Positions 51,161 through 64,000 of a DNA stretch of 64,000 nucleotides are shown here, one piece after another. Under the pieces are notes generated by a model. It did no database searches. It was not told where the DNA came from and saw only the letters and a list, made by a program, of their open reading frames with translations. How positions within the stretch are numbered: the stretch's first letter is position 1; each line of letters begins with the position of its first letter. The stretch spans positions 99,106 to 163,105 of the forward strand of contig RHPI01003041.1 in NCBI GenBank assembly GCA_009103225.1. Reading direction: 5' to 3'. The DNA is from Chlorokybus atmophyticus (taxonomy: Eukaryota > Plantae > Mesostigma and Chlorokybus algae). The position numbers and the translations under genes are program-made.

Positions 51161-53524
51161 TTCGTGAAGGATTTTACTAAGATTGCCCGTCCGCTCAACG
51201 AACTACTCAATAAGGAGACACATGCGAGTGGAGAGAGGCGCAACATGAGGCCTTCTGAGCTGGTATAGAGGCTTATCACGGCAATAACATCGCAACAACT
51301 GAATAACACCAAGCCGTTCATGCTGCACATGGAACAAGCTTCAAATGAGCGCCGTGTTGGTCTCGCACGGCGATAACAAGTAGGAGCGGGTGGTTGGTCT
51401 TTTACGCCAATCGCAGCAACAACAGTGCCGCGACCAACTACATCAGCTACGAGAGGGAGTGTCTTGCATATGTGTGGGCTATCTCTTTCTGCCGCCCTTA
51501 TCTATGTGGACGACATTTTAAGTTGGTCACCGGCCATTACCATCTCATGGGCTGAGCCTTTTCGCTGGCTAGTAATCGACCAGAATTGAACCAAGAAGCT
51601 GACGAGGTGGGCTTTCCTTCTGCAAGAGTACGACTTTGAGATTGAGTACCGTGCGGGTCTTGCCAATCAGGGCGCTGATGGACGTGCGTTGTGCTCAAGC
51701 TAGCCACCATGTTCGCCGTGATGGCATTGCGCTCAAGATGCACCACGGCTGGCGAGCCAACTACAACCACTGCGCCGCTTGACGGTGACGAGACAGCGAC
51801 AACAAGCTGTGCAAATCGATGCTAGAGCTCGAGGCTCAAACCACCATTGTGCCGCTGAAATGGCACCCGTCCGACGGCGACGGTCGCCACAGGCTGAACA
51901 CCTCTTGCCCCACCTATCTGCACACGCAAAAATTTCCCAAAGGCCTCAGCGCAAGGTGTGACATAATCGAGTCAACCAGCTTGCGAAGCACTACCGCTGA
52001 AATGACGGCCATCTTTACCATTGGGGTTCAACCGGAAGTTCTCAACAAGAACAAAGAGGTGCCTGCGCCTCAATTGCGCGAAGACATCATTCCCACGTGC
52101 ACCCTGCACAGCGAGCTGGAGTACTTCGGCGTGAAGCGGACTGCTAGTCTTGTTTGTGCCAAACATTGGTGGCACAGGTTGTAAAAACAGGTGCGCGCCT
52201 TCGTAGGCAACCGCCCCCGGTGCGACTTCGTTCGTGCCAGTCTTGACACCATCGGTGTAACTCTGCACCCTCTCCCCGGGAGGCGATATGCTATAGTCGG
52301 CATGTTCTACCATTGGAGCCTAGACATCCTCGGAGACTGGTCGTCATCGGTTAGAGGCAACAAGTACATCCGGATCCTCGTCATGATCAAGCACTTCTTT
52401 AGCACTTCTTTAAGTGGAGCTCGTGCCACTACCCGACAAAAGAAAGGGGGTAGCTCAAGCCTTCCTCAGCTGCGTCCTTGGCCCCTTCAGCTCCTGCGCC
52501 AAAGTGCTCACCAACCAAGGCTCTAAGTTCAGGGGCAGATTCGACACGCTTGAACCACGCCTATATTAAACGCCGCACCTCCCGAGAATATCCTCAAGGT
52601 AACGGCCTGACAAATCAAGTTGTCACAGCGCGCTCTGAACAGCGTCCAGACCAGCTAAAAGGCGCTGCGCAAGTAAGTCATTGAGCATGACCAGACAAAC
52701 TGAGACGACTACATCCCCTTAGTCGCCCTAAGCTACCGCGTCTCCAAGCAACTTGCTTGAAGCTGTTACACGCAAGTTCAGCCCTTACCAAATGCTTTTC
52801 AAACGCGAGCCCCTGCTCAGGGCAGTCCCCTTTTGCGCACATTGAAGTCACTGTAAAGCATGTGCTAAACAACCGCGACAATCCTGATCAGATGCATCAG
52901 AATCTAATGTCCCACGCTAACTTGTTCAAGCATTGCATCCCCATGGTACTGGGCAACCTGCGCATTGCTCAACACCGTGACACTGTGTGGCACACGATGT
53001 GTGTCACACATCGCTATGAGCGGGTGCGCAGTGGCTTCTACAAGCAGCGCAGCCGCAAATTCAACGTTGGCGACCACGTCTATCGCATGATGAAGACTAA
53101 GACACATTAAAAATGAGCGTCCGCCGCACTATCTGCAAATTGCTCAAGGTGCTTCTTTCAAGCGTGCTGCTAGCAGCGTCCGGGACTTGCTGGGCCAAGA
53201 CGACGACCGCGTGACTCACGCTTAAAAGACTATATGGGAAACTGCATCTCTAATCATTTTCCACAGATTGCCGGCTTCAACATCCGTCATTCACGCCCTA
53301 GTTGTAGCCTGCAATGCGAGAATTGTAGCAGCACCGACGATGCACGAAAATGATGCTGTGCGACCTCTGCAACAATGGCATGCACTGCTACTGTTTGGAC
53401 CCGCCGAAGCACAAGGTCCCAGTGGAGGCATACTCGTGCGAGGATGCCACATCAATGGTCCTCCGCACTCTCGTTGAGCTGACCACTGCCGCATGCACTG
53501 CCTCCATGCTCCAGGGGGGTGGCT

Positions 53525-53831
53525 TGTTAACTTGCTGTTATTGCAGTCTCTATGTGGAGCGCATGCATTGCAATTGTTTGCTCTGCTCTTTGAAATTGTG
53601 CGACGTCACACCATGCTTTTCATGCCATGAAAACACCAATGGTGTAATCCGTGGGTGGGGAGCTCCCCACCCAGGCATCTTGAGGCATCTTTTGCCTTTA
53701 CCTACTGCACACCTATCATTCTAGGGCTTTCAGCAAGGAAGGCCTTCCACTCAAGCTATGACAATTTTAGTTAAAGAAGGAGTCGCTCCCGTGAACACTT
53801 CTCCAGACAGCTGCGTTGCCGACCATTAACA
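53525..53831 (+). repeat. Putative 3' LTR of the gypsy element (307 bp)
   Basis: Follows purine tract aggggggtgg. Begins TGTTAA and ends TTAACA (perfect 6-bp terminal inverted repeat). No 5' partner LTR to confirm it. Confidence 0.6.
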
Positions 53832-56571
53832 ATTGTCCAGTCTCATCGTTCATGCCTACAGCCAGCTCCTCACCTCGGCTGTCAGCATATGCATCGCATG
53901 AGCCATCGATCAGCAGTGGGCTACTTCTCGATATCTGTCGAGATGTGACTTATTCATTTTCAAGTGCTCTCAATAGCCGTTAGGACTGAATGGACTGTTA
54001 GTGATTGCTTGTGTTGCATTTGAATGCTTAATATAAGTAGTAGGCTCAGTCATTGTGTGACTTAGTAAAATTTGTGAGTAAGCTTGGGCATAAAGATCAT
54101 GAGACGATTAAGTTTGTAACACGCCACCCTTGTTGCAAAGAAACCTTCACCGTGTGATAGAGTATGCATGCTTCCGTGAGCATTGCATTGCACGTGTTGT
54201 GAGCTTGGGGGTGCATGGTTGCAGTGTGTTTGTCTTCTTTGGTCAGAGCATAGCATTCACGGGTTACGTGCTCATTTACCTCGCTTGATAGACACATTCA
54301 TCCGCTCATGCAAATAGCTGTGACACAGCACTACTTATAATGGTGGCTTGTTATCTTGCTGTTATTGCAATATGTATATTGGACGCAGGCATTATTTGCA
54401 CTGCTCAAACTTTGTGTAACAGCACAATATGCTTTTTATAGCGCACTCCATGGGTGGGGAGGCATCCTTTCGCCTTAGGCTACCGCACATGCACAGTAAC
54501 CAAGGCTTCCAGCAGAAGGCCTTTCATTCAAGCCATGGCTTATAGTTCGAGGAGTCTGTCGTGCAAGGAGGCCTCGACTGCGGGGTGTGTCTCGCGTTGG
54601 GAGTGTGTACACGAATGTGTACAAGTGTTAAGAACGAGTAAAATTATTGGGCAGCGTGCAAGAGGCCAAGCAGGGGACACCGAAGCTGTAATGTAGCAGC
54701 GTGTGCGGGAGACTGTGAGGAGGCAAAATAACTGTGTAGTCCCCTTAGCTTGATAGAGAGTGGTGGTCACTCAACAAGCTCCTGAACAAGGACGCTTGGA
54801 GAATGCACACAGCGGTCATGCAATGTATGTATGCGAATATGGGTAGCTAAGTAAGACGAGATCACACACTACAAGCACCTAGCATGCGGATGCAAGCAAG
54901 CAAAGTCACAAGTGAACAGCGAGTGGGGGGCAAGCAAGCAATGCAGCAGTGTAGAGATGATACAGTGTACAGGTAGCCAATGCGATGGCCACTAGCATGA
55001 AAGCAAAGTGTACACTCAGAAGTGTATGGGCAAAGGTATGTTCGGGGGGAAGAACACTGTTTGTCGGAATAGCTAGCATGCTAACAGCGTATACACAACT
55101 ATCACTGAACTGCTGGTGCTACTGGGATCTACGTCACTGAGCCTTGGAAGCTCATCGGCTCAAGGTGGGCCAACTGGTAAATGTCGGACAGTGCCACCGC
55201 CGCTTCTGCTCCAGTCCGTCTACTTGCAACTCATTGCCGATGCCTCTGGCGGGAGTTGCCTAAGTGGGGTGTCAACGCAGCCCGCTGCCCAAGGGACTGC
55301 GTCCCTATTGGTGGAGGCCGGTGCTGGTAGTCGGCTGTCACGCGGCCTGCCGACGTAAGGATTGCGTCCTGATTGGCGGGGCTAGGGGCCAGCAGTGTGG
55401 GCACGGATCTATCGATCCGGATGTTATTAGGGCAACACTGGTGGGTGATGAAGTGTGAGGGGGAAGTGCGTGTCGAGGGTTAGCACCGTGATAAGTTGCT
55501 CCCGTAAACACTTCGCCCGACATCCACCCTGTTAACTCGCAAACTTTGTTTACATTTATTAATTCTTTTGTGCATTTTTGTAATGATGCAACATGCCATC
55601 TCATTGAAGACTATATCCATCTTATCGATGGCATCATCTGTTGCGCATGCATGTCCTACACTTATGCAGCCTACCAGCAATGACAACAACTTTGTCAACA
55701 TAAAACACTCGAACCTACCATAGCACAAACCACGAGCATTCTATACCTGACCACGTCACACAACGAACCGATAAGCGTCGTCACGCGCGGCATCACGCTG
55801 CACGGGTCAACTTGGAACAATGCGGCGCGTGCGTTGCTTTGTTCGTGCTGCTTTATCAGCGCAGAATCTGCAGCGATGATGCAGCAAAAGAGGCAACTTC
55901 GAAGTTGCCGTTTATGAACGCTAGTAGCGCCTGGTGCATGTGGGTCGTGAAGTTCAGCGGCACGCCAAGCCGCTGGTCCTTCAGGCGTTGCATCATGAAG
56001 GTTCAGCGGGTGCCCTGCTATCGGTAGCGCTGAGAGGCTCATGCACAGGAAGTCATGGTAGTATTAGATGAACCATAGGACCTACAGGACACACTCCAAG
56101 TTTTCATGTCCGCCTTAAGCCAGGAGATAACATGCAGACTCCTGTCAGCAGCTCGAGCTGACAGGAGAGAAGCCAGGCAGTGGATGGATCAAGTACATAG
56201 GCAACGCGGTTGCCGCAACCGCATGCGATGTGACAGCCGCAGCAGTTTCTTCTCCACTCCTTGATCGCACCCCGATCGGTACATATTGAACCCCACAGGG
56301 AAAGCTGCGGATAGTTCCAGGAGTTGTGCAAGCTGCAAGCGGCCAGCTGGAGACGTGAACCAGGCTTTTGCCTCCTCTTCAGCGACAGCCCTCGTCGCCG
56401 GTACGTGCAGCGCTGTGTGTGATTGTGAGTGTGCGTATGTGTGTATGTGTTCAGGTGCGCATGCGTGTGTGGGTGGATGGGTGCGTGCGTGCGTGCGTGC
56501 AAGCAATGCGACAGCTAGTACGTGTCCACTGGAAGAGCGTGATCCACCGTGTGTTGAGCAGCGCAAGAGCC

Positions 56572-61724
<5,153 letters not shown>

Positions 61725-63171
61725 CCCAGCCCCTTTAGATTTTAAGGTTTTGGCCTTGTAACCAGTTGCTATGCCTACGCCTGCTGCTATGACTGTGCGT
61801 GTGTGCAAGTGCAAGCTTGAGTAAATTTGTATGACGATTTGATCAATTTTATCAGTGTGCCCTATGTTAAACAGCAACTGTTGCATCTTCAATAAACTGA
61901 AACTTTATACCGTACTAGAAACATGACATACAAAGATGATATGTTGTACGATATTTGGTCGACAACCTTGATAGCATGTACAAATGCATATCATGTATGT
62001 AATGTCTACAAGACGTTTTTAACTATTTTAAAATTTTTTAAACCCGGAGTCGGTGAAGGTTTCAACTGTGTCATATGAATTATCATAGGTACTCACAATT
62101 TTCATGCATATCTATGTAGTCTCATTAGCATCAGCTGGAGCTGAGCTCAATACAAATCTCATTTGACAGTGTCAACAATAAAAGGAAAGAGTAAAAACTC
62201 AAGCAAGGGCTCAAGTTGAATATGTTGTATGTTCCCTGTCTTACCGCTTGAACGAGCCTTGATGAATGGCTGCTCCGCAATTGCATGCATGCTTGGCTCT
62301 AACGGCTCCAAGATTGGCCTGCAGCTGTTGTGAGTTGTGTTATAACATGTATATGAGAAACGTGTGAAACCCTTAATGGCGAGGGGCTGGCACGTTGTGT
62401 AAGTCATCAAGGATGTGAGACTTGCGCAACTGGCTCAACCTCTCCCTTTGCTGCTACCCCTCTCCTTACAGGTAGTGCGACCACCCCATTCCCTTACTCA
62501 CTTACTGCTACGTGCCGGGGGGTAGGGCCTGATGCATTTTGCACGCAGGCTCTAACCCCCGTAGCTTGGTGTGGTTGCGTGTAATAATGTTGGTCAATTA
62601 TGGCTATAGTGAATGCCATCGTCGTGTGCATGTCCTGCCTTTGTGGCCCCCTTTTTGTACACTATCATACGACCCTTGTCTTATTGTACTATAAAATAAC
62701 AAAAAGAGCATGGCACTGCCCTTGATGGCAGTTATAGGCTATGGCAGTCATAGCCTATGACTCATAGGTCACATCCCCTTGTGACGCGTATTGCATGCGT
62801 CACGTCACGCTGTGGCTAGGGCGGCTTTACTACTGATGTTCAGTGAGCATGATGATACACGTCGAACCGGATCCACACCAATCTAGTTAGGCGCCTGTAT
62901 TAGATTTTCATTGCAGTCTATAGGTTAAGGATCACCAACGACAGTGCTTAACGTAATTACGGACGCGACAGTAACGTACCTACTCAACCTGTTCGGAACC
63001 ACCACGTGCTGATGAAACAAACTCCACAATGAGCCGCGCTCTAGGGCTAAGCTAAGCTAAGGACGAAAAAATACCAACCACGGCGCCAGCGACATCCACG
63101 GCGACACCGCCGCCGGAGGGAGGGGGTGAAAAGCCCGGGGCGGAGGTAGGGCCAGGGCTTGGAGCGAGTCT

Positions 63172-63218
63172 GGGGCCAGGGGCAGGGGCAGGGGCAGGGG
63201 CGGGGGCAGGGGGAGGGC
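63172..63218 (+). repeat. (AGGGGC)n G-run array upstream of the putative NOS start; G-quadruplex potential
   Basis: At least seven runs of 3-5 G with 1-3-nt spacers. Confidence 0.7.
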
Positions 63219-63291
63219 AGGAAGAAATGACGTAAATCACGAGCTCAGAGATTTCCTTTTACTTTGGGGGGGGATTATCCCTCCCCCCTTG

Positions 63292-63643
63292 ATGGCTTTG
63301 CCTGAGGGCGGCGTCACCGGCAGCTGGCTGTCCGACATCGCGGGGCACCTCCGGCGGCGGCGCCTCCGCCGCCGTCGTGTGGCGGGCATCGTCCCGGGGG
63401 AGACGGAAGGCACCGCCCCCCCCGCAGGGAAGCCACCAGAGGAGGAGGCTGGACCTGGGATGGGGCCGCACATAATGGATGCGAATGGGTGTGAGGGGGT
63501 AAATGGGGTGGGGATGGGAGGGGAGAAGGCGCACATCAACAATACTGCGCCTGGATTAGGGGCGGATGTGCTCACGCCACAGCTGTCGGAAGCAGGGAAA
63601 TGCCCGTTCCTACATGGCTCTGTGTCCTGCAGCCCTTACCCAG
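63292..63643 (+). CDS. First exon of a putative algal nitric oxide synthase; gene continues beyond the window
   Basis: ATG 63292 is open to a phase-1 donor CAG|GTAGG at 63644. The exon ends GKCPFLHGSVSCSPYP(G), resembling the remembered Ostreococcus NOS N-terminus CPFAHGTVTVDPYPG. No oxygenase domain is visible in the window. Confidence 0.55.
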
Positions 63644-64000
63644 GTAGGACACCTCATTGAGGGTATGTGTGTGTGTTTGTGTGTGTAGGGTTTCATCGCT
63701 TGTTTCAACACGCAAAAGTACGCACGGAGGACAGTGATAGTATCATTCACATTGGGGGGCTGCTTGCAATAACTATGTGTTGTGACTAAGTGCATTGCCG
63801 GTGGCAAACCGGGCAGGGGTGGTACACATACACTGCTTCTTCATCCTGAGATTGCAGAACCAGTGTATACACTCTTGTACATCCAGGAATATATATCATT
63901 TTGGGAGTGAATTCACACATACTTATACGGGCATACAACCGGTCCATTTTTTGAGCTGGTTTTGTTAATGTGAGTGCCTGCCCCCTCTCACACAACCACT

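Larger units (their letters stand above)
50110..53831 (+). mobile_element. Decayed, 5'-truncated Ty3/gypsy LTR retrotransposon (RT end, RNase H, integrase, PHD finger, 3' LTR)
   Basis: Frameshifted motifs: KCTFF..GH.I...AFLGLVNYYRCFV | FVKDFTKIARPLNELL; YERECLAYVWA; LTRWAFLLQEYDFEIEYRAG; integrase H..FGVKRT..WW..C, LHPLP..WSLDILG..GNKY, YPQGNGL; PHD at 53315-53448. Confidence 0.92.

Noticed and set aside
55100-56050. Protein-like stretches on the minus strand that could be gag or another TE relic
   Set aside because: No recognisable motif and multiple stops.

Overview
Eukaryotic, intron-rich nuclear DNA with short GT-AG introns, some GC-AG donors, plant-type plastid enzymes and telo-boxes. 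A green alga, most likely a streptophyte alga, is my inference from gene content and was not checked against a database. I spliced these genes by hand: V-ATPase B, DXS, PIG-M, AGPase large subunit, RFC3, a two-domain Kazal inhibitor, an ELMOD3-like GAP, an ~1120-aa GT4-GT2-carbohydrate-binding fusion and a secreted NIDO/PKD-like protein. Separase was identified but only partly spliced. The last full exon in the window resembles the N-terminus of algal nitric oxide synthase. Accessory DNA includes two disabled paralogs of a Mug135-like family, a ZNHIT2-like pseudogene, an orphan ELMOD exon and a decayed PHD-finger Ty3/gypsy element with a nested TG..CA insertion. It also includes a Penelope-like RT relic inside an intron, a cluster of palindromes at 5.8-9.9 kb and many 76-179 bp tandem duplications. 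There are two N gaps and several microsatellites of unreliable length. Family assignments rest on remembered motifs; no searches were run.
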